Shown here piece by piece: positions 1-13,210 of a DNA stretch of 64,000 bases. The translations under genes and the position numbers were made by a program. The stretch is from Chrysomallon squamiferum. Lineage: Eukaryota > Animalia > Mollusca. The stretch lies in NCBI GenBank assembly GCA_012295275.1, contig CM022677.1, forward strand, positions 5,022,001 to 5,086,000, read 5' to 3'. Within the stretch, counting starts at the first letter, position 1. Each line of letters starts with the position of its first letter. The notes beneath the pieces are model-generated. The model had not been told where the DNA came from. It did no database searches and worked only from the letters and a program-made list of their open reading frames with translations.

Positions 1-59
1 ACAGGCAGAGGATTAAGTGTGCACCAAATTTTGACCTGTGTTGTTATAAACTGTACGAC

Positions 60-520
60 AAACAAGCGTATGAGTAAAGAGAGGTAATCTGTTAAAGAGC
101 ATAATTAGTAATGTTTCTTCTGGCAGGTGTTGCATTATTGTATAGCTTATTTTTTCAGGTACTGCTTTTAATTTAATTCATTTATATTCAAGTGAAGATT
201 TTATGTCTGTGGATTGTTCGTTAACTGCGAGGTTGTCTAATGTTTTATTTATTTATTTATTTTTATTTTTTTGTGAATTTGGATGGGAAGTTTGAATTGC
301 TGCTTGATTTGGCGAACGTTTCCCTGAGTAGATCTGCTTTATGTTTGTCAGTGAAAACGATGTTGTTTTTGTGAAGAGATTGGTTTCCTTGTTTGCTTTT
401 TACTTTCGCCCACATGTATTTCACTCATGTTTTGTGATTTATGTTGTTGCAAAAATGTTTCCAATGTTTTTGTTTTGCAATAAAAATTAGGTTAGATTCT
501 TCTTTTTTAGTTACTTGTTT
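60..520 (-). mobile_element. Decayed non-LTR retrotransposon ORF2 fragment (I/Nimb/Jockey-like, linker upstream of RT)
   Basis: Minus-strand translation gives AKQKHWKHFCNNINHKT*, MWAKVKSKQG...DKHKADLLRETFAKSSSNSNFPSKF and ISYTIMQHLPEETLLIMLFN, matching recalled pre-RT motifs of I-group LINEs; stops and frameshifts present. Confidence 0.65.
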
Positions 521-840
521 TTTTCAGGTGAGGAATGATTTTTTTTTGTTTGTATTATCTTTATTATTAATGTTATTATGTTGTATTTATATTTATTATT
601 ATTATTATTATTACTGTTATTATTATTATTATTATTATGTTGAGTATTAGAAAGGTGAAAAATCGAATATTATTGTTGTCTTAAATTTTCCTTGCAATCT
701 GTGTATGATATAAAACATTTCTGAAACGTGCTGTTATTGTGTGCGTCCGTGAGCACATACGTATGTTTGTACCGTTTCTGTTTGTATATGCATGAACATA
801 TTATATGTTTATTATTGTTATTGTTGTTAAATTGTTGTTG

Positions 841-881
<41 letters not shown>

Positions 882-1201
882 TTTTATTATTTTTGCTATT
901 ATATTTATATTAAGTTCAAGGGTCTTTATAAACTAAACACGTGGACAAAAACATATTAAAATAAATATAAACAAGATGGTGAACATATTAAAATGGTGGT
1001 AAAAATAAAGACGTCACATTTCAAAATTGTATAAGATGATTAATAAACTGTCTACAACATTTTAAAATTGGAAAGAAAACATAAATGTATATTAACAAAG
1101 TTCACCCGCTTTTGTCCAAGCTGAACAACAGTGAATTTGATTTTTGAATTTTTGTTAAATTAAATTTAAAACTACAAAATAAAAGTAGTTCAGTGACCCC
1201 T

Positions 1202-1203
<2 letters not shown>

Positions 1204-1256
<53 letters not shown>
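1204..1256. repeat. (CA)n microsatellite (one of many simple repeats: TAA, TA, CA, GA, TTG throughout the window)
   Basis: Directly visible. Confidence 0.95.
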
Positions 1257-1257
<1 letters not shown>

Positions 1258-1629
1258 AATAACAGAGGTATAATAATGTCCAGATCAACTTAACATAAAT
1301 TTTTCAAAAAGTAAATCATAAATACACTGACAGAAAACAACCTTTCAAACAAAATCAAAATATTTTCTGTTAATAGTTTTATTAGTTTATTCAAAAAATA
1401 AATAAATAAATAAATAAATAAAATAAATAAATAAATAAATAAATAAATAAAAATAAATAAATCAGTGAGCTGACACATAGCTGTTGAGTCTTGTTTACTT
1501 TGGTATCTGCTTTAAGCAAGGTTTTGTTGGATGATAAAGCGATTAAAGACCAATTCTGTACAAGTTTCTCCAAATCAAACAAGAAGTACATCCGCGAAGA
1601 CCAGTAATTTTCCCACAAAATAAACAAAT

Positions 1630-2010
1630 ACAAAACTGAACTTAAATAAAATAAAATAAACTACACAAACCTAAACACAAAACACAAATAAAATAAAATA
1701 AACTACACAAACACAAAACTGAACAACTTAAATTAAATAAAATAAAAACACAAACAAAAACTGAACAAAATAAAACAAAATAAACAGATGCAAAACTGAA
1801 CTTAAATTAAATAAAATAAACTACACAAACACAAACACAAAACTGAACAACTTAAAATAAAATAAAATAAACTACACAAACACAAACACAAAACTGAACA
1901 ACTTAAATAAAATAAAATAAACTACACAAACACAAAACTGAACAACTTAAATAAAATAAAATAAACTACACAAACACAAAACTGAACAACTTTAATTAAA
2001 TAAAATAAAG
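1630..2010. repeat. AT-rich minisatellite, ~45-50 bp unit (aaactacacaaacacaaaactgaacaacttaaataaaataaaat)
   Basis: About 8 imperfect tandem copies visible. Confidence 0.85.
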
Positions 2011-2687
2011 CACCTCTATTCAAATAAACGTACTAATTATAAATCGATGTTTTACTCTTTTTTCTATCGAAAATTTCTGTTGTTATTTTGTCCCCTACTT
2101 TTTCTTTCTTTCTTTCTTTCTTTATTTATTTAATGTACTTTTCTGATGTATTTTAAAACAGTACAATTACAGATGACGACATCTCGAAGCCTCTCGTGAA
2201 ATTCTCAGTTTATTACAGCCGGAAGACGATCTACTTGCAGCCATTGCATTTTCAGTTTCCTGAGTGAATCAGAATTCACACATATTTTCTCACATTTTCA
2301 CAGTTATCATATTTCAACAAAACGTAGTGTTTCTCACAAAAGCTAAAACAAATGGGTTATTGCTTTCGCTAATAACTGTCTTTTACAATATAAAATCATC
2401 TTGGTCATAAAGATGATTTTTATTTAACTTAATCCATACCCTGCGTTTGAACCAGTTAGTTGAAGTGAAACGCGGTGATTCTTAGTAATTAAAAACATTA
2501 AATATGTCTATGTATTGTCTAAGGTGTAGTCGATAGATTATAATATAGTTCTGCTTACAAAATATACGTTTTTAAGTTACTGAGAATAAAAAGCAGTTGA
2601 TGTAGTCGTACTGTTACTGGGGTGATCGTTATCGTAGTGTGGTAGTAGATGCATTATTGGTGTTTGTTATGTTACTAATAGTGCTTC

Positions 2688-2729
<42 letters not shown>

Positions 2730-2739
2730 TTCATACACA

Positions 2740-3165
2740 TACACACATACAGAGAGAGAGAGGTGTGTACATATATCTATATTTATCTATATAGATACAG
2801 ACAGACAGACAATAATGTACAAATTACACATCAACTCACAGATAAAAACATATATATATGTTTGTATGTATGTATGTATATGTACATTGAGACACATACA
2901 CACATACAGAGAGAAAAAGAGAGGTGTGTACATATATCTATATTTATCTATATAGATACATACATACAGACAGACATACAATGATGTACAAATTACACAT
3001 CACTCACAGATAAAAACATATATATATGTTTGTATGTATGTATATGTACATTGAGACACATATACACAAACAGAGAGAGAGGTGTGTACATATATCTATA
3101 TAGATACAGACAGACAGACAGACAGACAATGATGTACAAATTACACATTGCTCACAGATAAAAAC
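2740..3165. repeat. ~155-160 bp tandem repeat built of TA/CA/GACA tracts, about 3 copies
   Basis: gaggtgtgtacatatatctat...gtacaaattacacat..ctcacagataaaaac recurs three times. Confidence 0.85.
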
Positions 3166-3618
3166 GCGCTCACTAATATACTCGCTCGCACTGATGGACC
3201 TATAAGAACTAATCAAGTGAAAATGTCAAATGTATTACGTATTTTGACAGAGTTTCTTTTTCTCAAAGTATTAAAGTCTTTCACTGTGCATTAAAGACAC
3301 AAGAAACAAAGTTAGTTTTTATTAGCGCCAAATCCGACTTAGCACATTGTTTAAATTCATTCACGACAGATTTAGTTTTAATAAAGAATCAACAGATTCC
3401 TGTCTCTACCGAGTTCAACTCGAGGCTCAAAGTCATAAATTTTGTGAAATGAGGAAAACGAAGGAAATGTAAAAACAAAGAAGCTAAATTAATTAATTAA
3501 AAATGACAAAAACAACAAAAAATAATAAATAAATAAATAAATGTATGAATGAATGAATGAATGAATAGTAATAATAATGATAATAAATCACATTTCTCTT
3601 TAATACACGATTTATTTC

Positions 3619-3667
<49 letters not shown>

Positions 3668-3771
3668 TAATACACGTGTTAATTTCATTTAAAATTTAAC
3701 TTTACAAACAATGAATATTCAAAGTAAAAATATTACAAAATACTAATTTGTATTTAGATTTTATAAATTTT

Positions 3772-4280
3772 GTACCTTCACTTACGAGTTTAATTCGTTC
3801 CATGACCCAGCTCGTAACTCAATTTGCTCGTATATCAAATCAATATCCCCCAACTGAAATTAATTGAAGTATCATTAATCCGTTCCAGCCCATCCAACAC
3901 CACCCAATTTTTTTGTTACGTGTTTTTAAATAAGCAAAACGTATGTATAAATGACAAATATTGAATACAAAAATATATATATATATCTAAAGAAATAAAC
4001 TGGTTTTGTAAAATGTATTAAATTTAATGCCTTTGGCTGGAGTTACAGCCTTTTTCGACTCCTTCTGCTTCAGTATAGTATATATCGTACATCGTACAAG
4101 TACTACGCTAGTACTGGCTAGCCAAGTCGACTAACGCACACTTTGATCATGTTTTTTCTCTGATTTCATGCTTTAATTCAATGGACAGCCGCACATCTGA
4201 AGCTCGCTCGTAACTGAAATCAATAAATGTACCGGGCAACTGCTCTTAACTCGAAAACCTCGTAAATCAAAGTATCACTC
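3772..4280 (+). mobile_element. Non-autonomous Tc1/mariner Tigger/pogo-type element (MITE)
   Basis: Ends gtaccttcacttacgagt... and ...ctcgtaaatcaaagtatcactc are imperfect inverted repeats of the CAGTGGTACCTCG type; the internal sequence is shared in reverse orientation with 15917-16266. Confidence 0.7.
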
Positions 4281-4338
4281 TATAGACAATTCTAATGTAT
4301 TAATAAATTAAATTTAAAAAAAAAGAATGATTCAGTGA

Positions 4339-4388
<50 letters not shown>

Positions 4389-4624
4389 TATATATATAAA
4401 TATATATATAAATGTGTGTATAAATGTTGTTATAACTTTTGCAAAACCTATTGAGTTGATGTTCTTAACCATTGTTGCTTGAAATGATACAAGAAATAAA
4501 TATCAAAAATATTTTATTTAAGAAAAACATTTTAGATTAAGTTAGAAACGCTAGTTGTTCAATTTAAAACATATATCTCTTTTTATTCTTTTATTTATTT
4601 TATTATATATTGAAATTATTTCAG

Positions 4625-5865
4625 TGTGAGCTATATTCTGGGAGGCTTTGCGACATTCTCAAGTAAGGATGATGACTGGGTGGACCGGTTCAATCATCTG
4701 TACACTGTTGTGTTGCTGGCTCTCTTCTCTGTGTTCATCAGTGGAGGACAGTTTTTTGGCAGTCCTATAGACTGCTGGTGTCCAGCTCATTTCACAGCGT
4801 CCATGGTCGCGTTTACTAAATCACTCTGCTGGGTGAATGGCACGTACTACGTCCCGATACACGAAGGAATCCCAGCCGAGCACTCTGAGAGAGAGGAGCG
4901 ACAGCTGCCCTACTACAAGTGGGTGCCTGTCATTCTCTTGTTCATGGCTTTCCTCTTCAAGCTGCCTGCCGTCATGTGGCGTCTGCTGAGTACAAATTGT
5001 GGAATCAGTTTGGAGCAGGTTGTGAACATCATCACAGAGCTGCAGCTGAGTTCAGCTGAGAAGAGAGACGAGACAACAAAGCGAGTTGTACAGTACATGA
5101 GCAGGTTGTGAACATCATCACAGAACTGCAGCTGAGTTCAGCTGAGAAGAGAGACGAGACAACAAAGCGAGTGGTACAGTACATGTGCAGGTGGCTGGAG
5201 ATAAAGAAAAGCTACAAAAAAAGAGTTTTCTTCAGCACTTGTCTAAATGTTTCATGTTTCTCTCGCAGAAACACGCAGGGAGGTATCTAACTGGGCTCTA
5301 CATGTTCATAAAGCTTCTGTACGTTGCAAATGTCGTGGGCCAGTTTTTCCTTCTGAATGCTTTTCTTGGAGAATGGTACAGCGTGTATGGTTTAGAAATC
5401 GCGTCGGGCTTGATAAATGATCATTCGTGGACTGAATCGAAACGTTTTCCAAAAATCACCCTCTGTGACTTTGACATTCGCCAGATGACTAATGTAGAGA
5501 GACAAACAGTGCAGTGTGTCCTGCCTTACAACCTCTTCAATGAAAACATCTTCATCTTTCTCTGGTTTTGGCTTTTCCTTGTCTCCGTGGTAACAGTGTG
5601 GAATTCACTCGTCTGGTTTTGGCTACTTTTTGTACAGCACAATCGCAGGAAGTGACATCTGAAGGAGATTGGTGAAATTCACACAGAATATGATAAAATG
5701 CTGGCAAAGAAATTTGCTGATCAGTATCTCCGTGACGACGGAGTCTTTGTTCTGAGACTGATTGTGAAAAACACGAGTGAAATTCTCTTTTCTGATGTAA
5801 TTAAAAGTTTGTGGTTAACTTACAAAAATAAACCCAGTAAAATAAAAGCAGAGACATCACTGTGA
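4625..5865 (+). pseudogene. Innexin (gap-junction/pannexin-family channel) pseudogene, single large coding exon
   Basis: Acceptor ttatttcag ending at 4624. Motifs DDDWVDRFNH, GSPIDCWCPAHFT, CWVNGTYY, YYKWVP, FPKITLCDF, QCVLPYNLFNE, YLRDDGVFVLRL; natural stop at 5863-5865. Lesions: 86-bp tandem duplication (5013-5184), frameshift in the A7 run at 5216-5222, in-frame TGA at 5653-5655. Confidence 0.93.
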
Positions 5866-6849
5866 AGAGAAATGTGTAAGAAGAAACTTAAAACTGGACA
5901 GATAGCAATTTGACTTATCAACAAAGAAAACACTGTAGTCTTAGTTGCTAATATGTTTGTTAATATATATATATATATGTGGAAATTCTGTCTTCTTCCA
6001 ATGTCTCAAAAATTGTATTTGCCAAGCAGTGTACACCATTTTTGTTGATTTGAATACATATATATATATCTCATCTCCAGATCTGATTGCAAATTGTTTA
6101 ATAACAGGGATTATTTCTCCTTTATTTTATTACATTATTAAAAGAAAGGGCTTTTGATTACATTTTCTTTTGTAAAGTTATTGTTTTTTTTTTTTGTTGT
6201 TTTCTTGAATTTATATTTTATTTGCTTGTCTTTGACAAGTAAATAAAATATATTTTTTTTAAATATATATTAAGTTTTTATTTCATGAGCAAAGTTAATC
6301 AAAGAGTAAAATGATCAGTATAAATTAATATTATCAAATCATTAAGAATTCTATGAATTCTTTAGTTGATTTTTTTTTTCTTCGTGTAAGTTTTGAAATA
6401 TACCAGACAACTATTGTTTTCACCTTTTTAATTTCTCTTTTGTTATTTTACATTATTAAAAAGAAACAGCTTTTGATTACATTTTCTTTTCTTTTGTAAA
6501 GTGGTTGTTGTTTTTTTGTTCTTTTTTTTTTAATTTATTATTTTATTTACTTGTCTTTTTACAGTAAAAAAAAAGAAAAATGATTTCAGATTAAACTTTT
6601 CTGGTTTAGAAGATTTGGTAAATGTATATATATATTTATTTTTTTTTTTAAATGTTTTTTTATTTCATGAGTAAAGGCAACCAGAGTAAGATGATTAGTA
6701 TAAATATCTATTAATTATTAAATCCTTAAGAATTCTGTGAATTATTTTTTATTTTGAAAAGAAAAAGCTGAGATTATTTTTCTTTTAGTTATGCAGTGTT
6801 TGTTTCTTTACATACATATTTTAATATATAAAAAATATTTTTTAATTTT

Positions 6850-7700
6850 GTTACTAAGTATGAGTTTTTGGATTAAACTTTTCTCAGGTTTAGAAGATTT
6901 GGTATAAATTAATATTAATTATCAAATCATTAAGAATTTTCTGAATTCTTTTTTTGTTTCCTATTTTATTTTTTCTTCATGTAAATTTGTTACTAAGTAC
7001 AAGTTTTTGGATTAAACTTTTGTTTGAAGATTTGGTATAAATTAATATTAATTATCAAATCATTAAGAATTCTGTGAATTCGTTTCATTTTTTTTCAATT
7101 TTTTTATCATGTAAGTTTGTTATTAAGTACAAGTTTTGGATTAAACTTTTCTCTGAAGATTTGGTATAAATTAATACTAATTATCAAATCATTAAGAATT
7201 CTGTGAATTTTGTTTTGTATTTATTTTTTATTTTTTCATCATGTAAGTTTGTTATTAAGTACAAGTTTTTGGATTAAACTTTTCTCTGAAGATTTGGTAT
7301 AAATTAATACTAATTATCAAATCATTAAGAATTCTGTGAATTCGTTTCATTTTTTTTCAATTTTTGTATCATGTAAGTTTGTTATTAAGTACAAGTTTTG
7401 GATTAAACTTTTCTCTGAAGATTTGGTATAAATTAATACTAATTATCAAATCATTAAGAATTCTGTGAATTTTGTTTTGTATTTATTTTTTATTTTTTCA
7501 TCATGTAAGTTTGTTATTAAGTACAAGTTTTTGATTAAACTTTTCTCTGAAGATTTGGTATAAATTAATACTAATTATCAAATCATTAAGAACTGTGTGA
7601 AGTTTTTGGATTAAACGTTTCTCTGACGATTTGGTATAAATTAATACTAATTATCAAATCATTAAGAATTGTGTGAAGTTTTTGGATTAAACGTTTCTCT
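6850..7700. repeat. ~128 bp AT-rich tandem repeat, about 6-7 copies with shorter terminal units
   Basis: gatttggtataaattaatactaattatcaaatcattaagaattctgtgaatt recurs; diverged related units lie at 6300-6750. Confidence 0.9.
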
Positions 7701-8030
7701 GGTTTCAGATTAAATTATTTTTTTTAAAGTATTTAATTTAGATCATTTTTCATTATCATACCATAAGTACTGGATGTACTGGCTTCATCTATTTTAATTT
7801 TCCTCTTATTGTACTGAAATGTAATTACTGAAAAGTAATTACTGAAATGTAATTACTAAAATGTAATTACTAGAAGACTGCTTTTTATTCTTTTTTAATT
7901 TTGTTATATTTTCTTAATAAAAGTTTTAAAACATTATTTGGTTGTTTAGTTTAACATGCTGAAGTTTTGTTTAAACTTTGCTCCAGTTGTAAACTATTAT
8001 TTATTTTATTCTGACATTTTATCACACACA

Positions 8031-8063
<33 letters not shown>

Positions 8064-8135
8064 CAAACACACACATATATACATATAGCTTATACCATAC
8101 ACACACACAAACATGCATACATATATACCAGACTT

Positions 8136-8172
<37 letters not shown>

Positions 8173-8221
8173 CACACATACATACACACAAACATACATT
8201 CACACCACAAACATAGTAACA

Positions 8222-8760
8222 ATTATGTCTATGGTAAGCGTATCATCGTGGAAACTGACCATGAGCCATTTGAGAGCATTTGGAAAAACAGCTTTGCATC
8301 TCCCAGAGTACAGCGTCTCCTGCTCAGAATATCAGAGTAAGATTTAAAGGAAATGATACACTGTGCTTGGCCAGAATATAGCAGTGTCTGTCCGCCCGAT
8401 CTGAATGAATACTGGACTCTGAGAGAAGATTTAAATGTCGAGAAGAGCTTGGCCTTGAAGGGACACTGTCCAGTAATCCCAGACAAACTGCATCCTTAGA
8501 TGTTTAAAATCATCCACAACAACATCTTGGGTCTGAGAAATGCCAGCTGACGGCTAAATATTGCTTGTTCTGGCCTGGTAGCTAGTAAAGAGATGACTGC
8601 CTCATGTAAAACATGCAGACAGCTTTCAAAACAGGAGCCATGGGAAACCTTGTTTCCACACAGTGTGCCAAGCTACCCTTGACAAATGAGCACAGTATCT
8701 AAACACAGCTGATTACTACAGCAAATTCCCAGTGGTCTGAAAACTACTTCACCAGCATGT
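8222..8760 (+). mobile_element. Ty3/Gypsy LTR retrotransposon pol remnant (RNase H end, integrase zinc-binding region, start of core)
   Basis: YVYGKRIIVETDHEPFESI...PRVQRLLLRI; EYWTLREDL; HLGSEKCQLTAKYCLFWPG; SCKTC; DYYSKFP; with stops and deletions. Confidence 0.85.
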
Positions 8761-9826
8761 AATCTGTAATGAAAGATGTTAATTTTGACTGTAAATAACA
8801 CATCATGAATCTGAATGTGTTTAAAAAATACTGAATATGAAATTTATTATGCATTAGTGATATTTTATGTTATTTATTTATTTATTTATTTTTAATATAT
8901 TAATTTTTTAATGTGAGCAGTTTACAGGAATTGTTTTATTTTATGGATTAATTTGAGGTTTGTGTGTGCATGGGGAGCTTAAGAAACAAATTTACAATGT
9001 GGCAAACATTATCTCACATTAATGTTTCCAGTGGCTGGTAAAACAGCATAGTTTTTGATAAATGAAGATATTAACTGTAACAGGAAACATTCTAAAATAT
9101 ACACTATGAAATATTGAGACAATAAGAGAAAAAACACAAATATTTTCTCTAATAATTTATTTTTAACAAAAACACAAGTGAAAATGCATTAAAAAAAAAA
9201 AAAAAATTATTTTCCCATACAAAACTTAACATCATACCTTGATGCAAAAACAAGAGGAACAAATAAAAAATACTGAAAATTATTGCTGAGCATTCATGTG
9301 CGTATTTCACAACCATGTTTAAACAGTTGAAAGATGGACAAAAATATATGTTAATTTAAAATAAAAATGACTGAAATGGAACAAGAAAAGAATATGAAAG
9401 AGGAAAAAAATTGTTTAATCAATTTAAATATTTTCATTTAAAAGAGAAAAATAACATAAATGAAATATTGCTAGAAATTTACAATAAATTATTTTAGGCT
9501 TATTTTATACCAAAAACATTATTTTAACATTATTTTATTAAATTACAACTTAATTAATCTTATGTATTACACATATTTATTATTAGTTATATTTTAAAAC
9601 CTTTTTTTTTTTTGACATAGGAAAAAAAAGAAAAGAAAACAGAACACAACCCCCACCAAATCAACATGTTCTGTTTAAAACATTGGTATTTGTTACTCAG
9701 AATAATTCAGTAACAGAATTAACATTTATATGTGAAGACTTTTAATGTTGATTTCAAAACTGCTGATTCCAAATACTGCAAACATTTATCATTAAAGAAG
9801 AGAACTTTCAAGAAAACAAAAAGTTC

Positions 9827-9859
<33 letters not shown>

Positions 9860-11545
9860 TAAAATTATTAAATATTTAAGTACTGACTGTTAATGACATC
9901 TGTATGTAAGTTGTTTACACAAGCAGACACACCCTGCCTCACCAACACATGCACATCTAATGCACAGACACACAGAGGTAAATTCAGAGAGTTCACAGAA
10001 TATGAACAACTCTCTCTCTCCCTCCCTCCCTCCCTCTGTCCCTCCCTTCCCCCAGGCACACACACACACACACACACACACCATGCACAAATCTAGGAAA
10101 TGTTAAATAGTAAGTAAAATTTTAATATAGCACTTTTATCACATTCCAGATAAGAAAATAAAATACTATTTAAAAAAAATAAAAAGTAAGGAACCAAGAA
10201 ATGCATATAGTATTGAATATTCACTAGACATAATTAGCTGATATAATGCTGGTCAAAAGTTTCCAAACAATATGGATGCCATCCATATTTTACTCATGTA
10301 TTGTCAAAGATACATCTTAAAAACATTAAAACAGCTTTATAAAGTAAATTATTCACACAGCCTAGTATCAACGAATAAAGTAAAATTAATATATTTTAAA
10401 AATGCCATCTTGAACATATAATAGACAAAATTTTCAATCAAGTTAGAAAACAAACAAATGAATTTTAAACAAAGAAAATAAAACATAACAACCTTTCAAA
10501 CTACCATTTCTCATCAGACAGAATTTTATGGCAAAATTCTGTATTATCAAGAATGTAATTAAAAACAAACAAAACTAAGGTAAAATAAAAAGTCACATCT
10601 TATTAAAATTTAGCATATCTAATAATATTAAATAATAAAAATAGTAATAAAGTAAAACATAACAATAATAATAATGATAAAAATAAAAATAATGATGATG
10701 ATAATAAAAATAAAATAAGAGTTGTAAAAAAATTCAGTGAATGCGACAGTAAGTAAGAAAAGAAAAACACTACTCAAAACATTTAGTAATAATTATCTTC
10801 TTTTTCTAATTATAGAATACATTTCTTAATTATTATTTTATACTGAATTTTTTTTTACGTTATTTTATATACCTGATTTTTTAATGATTTTTAAAAATAT
10901 ATCAATGTATTTAAATATGATTTCAGGGAAAAGTATTTGATCACTTTTGAACATGATAATTGATAAATAAAACAATAACTCATTAGTATTAAATAATTTC
11001 TTATCACAGAAACATTCTTAAAAAAGTTTTTTGGTGAAATAATTTAATCTTAATTTCAGTGAGATAATTAATAAAATAATTAAAAAAAATAAAATGTAAA
11101 ATAAAAGAAACTGAAACTAAAGAATAAGAAATTATATATTGACAAATTTGTTTATTGTCGCTGTTGAGTCACTCCACTACAGTATATTGATTAACATCTT
11201 GTTATAGACTATACCCTATGTTTTATTGACGTGCACAAATATTTAAATCTTGTTAAAAAGAACACCTACATTTCACTTGGTCAGTATAGAAATTTACTAA
11301 AATTATTTTCAATTTATATTAAAAAAAATTAAAAATTAATAAATAATAAATAACTAACTAGTAAAAACATTATTTGCAAAAACATTTATTTTACATTATA
11401 TTAATGAGCTGCATGTTGAGGAATGTACAAATTTATAAAGATGAAGATGGATTTAAAATAACATAAAAATACACTTTCTTATCAAGACTCTGTATTTGAG
11501 GTAATATCTAGTATGACAGATATGAAATATGTAATATGTATTTAC

Positions 11546-11708
11546 TTACAAAACCTATGAATCATTTTATTGGGTATTTCTTCAGGTCCTACACAACAAA
11601 TTTTTATAATTCATTAGTTTCTGCTGTGAAAGAACACAAAGCCTTGTACTGACATCCTCTGTCACAGAACAGAATTACAAAGTGTTTAACATCAGACTCA
11701 GCCAGCTC
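11546..11708 (-). pseudogene. Exon encoding the core of a CAMSAP/Patronin-type CKK microtubule-binding domain, with a frameshift
   Basis: tag|ELAESDVKHFVILFCDRGCQYKALCSFTAETNE(-1 frameshift)IIKICCVGPEEIPNKMIHRFCK|gt, closely resembling the CKK consensus KHFLILFRDxGCQFRALY...GxGPxxIxxxM. Confidence 0.82.
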
Positions 11709-11745
11709 CTAGATACACAAACAAACAAGCAAATAAATAAATCAA

Positions 11746-11776
<31 letters not shown>

Positions 11777-13210
11777 GTTGATCAATACAAATATATTTAA
11801 ATACACCATAAATCAATAAACATATAAATAATATTGTATTAACATGGCAATAATGTATAAAAAGTAAATAAATAAATATAATTACATATAATATTCAAAA
11901 GTAACTAAAGTAAAGCTGATTTGTTGTGGAGTAATAACAACAGTATAAAATTAATATCATTATTAATGAATAAAATTATACACCCACTTCCCCTCTCAGG
12001 TATTTCTACAACTTTCTAAAATAAATAACAATTATCTATCAATTAGACAGGATCAGAAAGATAATTCTCTTATAAAAGCTTAAACATTTAAGTTGTAATT
12101 TGAATAAAATAAAAATAAACAGTAATAACAAACAATAATAAAATACTGTAGATTAAAAGGAGTGAGAATAATCCTAAAAAAATATTAATTCAATTAAAAA
12201 AACTAAGTATGTCTTTTAAAAACAAACAATAATAAGAAAATCAAATATAATGAAATAATAATTCCTACTGCTAAAGTTTAAAGATCAAAGAAAAACAGAT
12301 TTCAGTTTTTCTGGTCCATTTAATTTAGCAATGGCTTAATTTGGTTTAGACAATAATAATAATAAGTAGGGATTTAAAAATAAGAAAATTAATAAACAAA
12401 TGAGTAGGCTTTTTTAACCAAAACATAAACTAAAAATAAATATTTAAAATACAATTTAACAGAGAGGATAATTTACAATATTACAGGCCTGTTTTAATAA
12501 CTGATATTATAAATCTAGACGACAACAATAATGATGATGATGATGAAGAAATTTAAAATGAAGACATTTTAATTTTTTTTTAATTTGTCTATATAATCAG
12601 AAAATATGAGATATGTAAAAGTAAACCTCACAGACTGAGTAAATTAGTGTAAAGTGCTGTCATACTCAGTCTGTCAGAATTTTTTGTGTGGATTACCATG
12701 TGATTATTGAAAATAAATGAAAATAAAATAATGATAATAATGATGATATGATGATGATAATAATAAAGATAAAAATGCTAAAACGAAACAAAAAAAAAAC
12801 AAGAATATGTATTTTGTATACTCCAGTTTTAGTGGTACCAGCTTTTCCTAATAATAAAGTATAACAATATTTTAACAAGCTTATATGTAAAGGATGACTT
12901 ACCCAATATTTTATATTATTTTTTATTTTAATTAATCTATATAATCCAAAAAATATAAGAAATGTAAAAGTAAACCTCAAAGACTGAGTAAATTGGTGTA
13001 AAATGCTGATGTACACAGTCTGTTAGAGCTTTTTGTATGAAATAATAATGTTACAATAGAAAATAAATGTAGAAGTAACTTTACTTATTATTGTACTTTC
13101 CTTGTACTAATCTGCTTTTCTTACTCTGTATTGAGAATACACGCAACACAAAAACTGAGAAGAATGTAAATTGATAGTTAAACAACTGAATTAATGTGTG
13201 TTTTTCATAC

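Noticed and set aside
3449-3470. ATGAGGAAAACGAAGGAAAT|gtaaaa as the innexin start exon
   Set aside because: The phase fits but the donor is weak and there is no other support.
441-3688. Short ORFs rich in Y, I, N, C or YI repeats (also 33935, 36629-36981, 52450-54089)
   Set aside because: They are translations of TAA, TA, CA and TTG microsatellites.
9868-10096. Last CKK exon or a Cys-rich small protein
   Set aside because: No YNSG or SIDA motif and no clear acceptor; the ORFs start in microsatellites.
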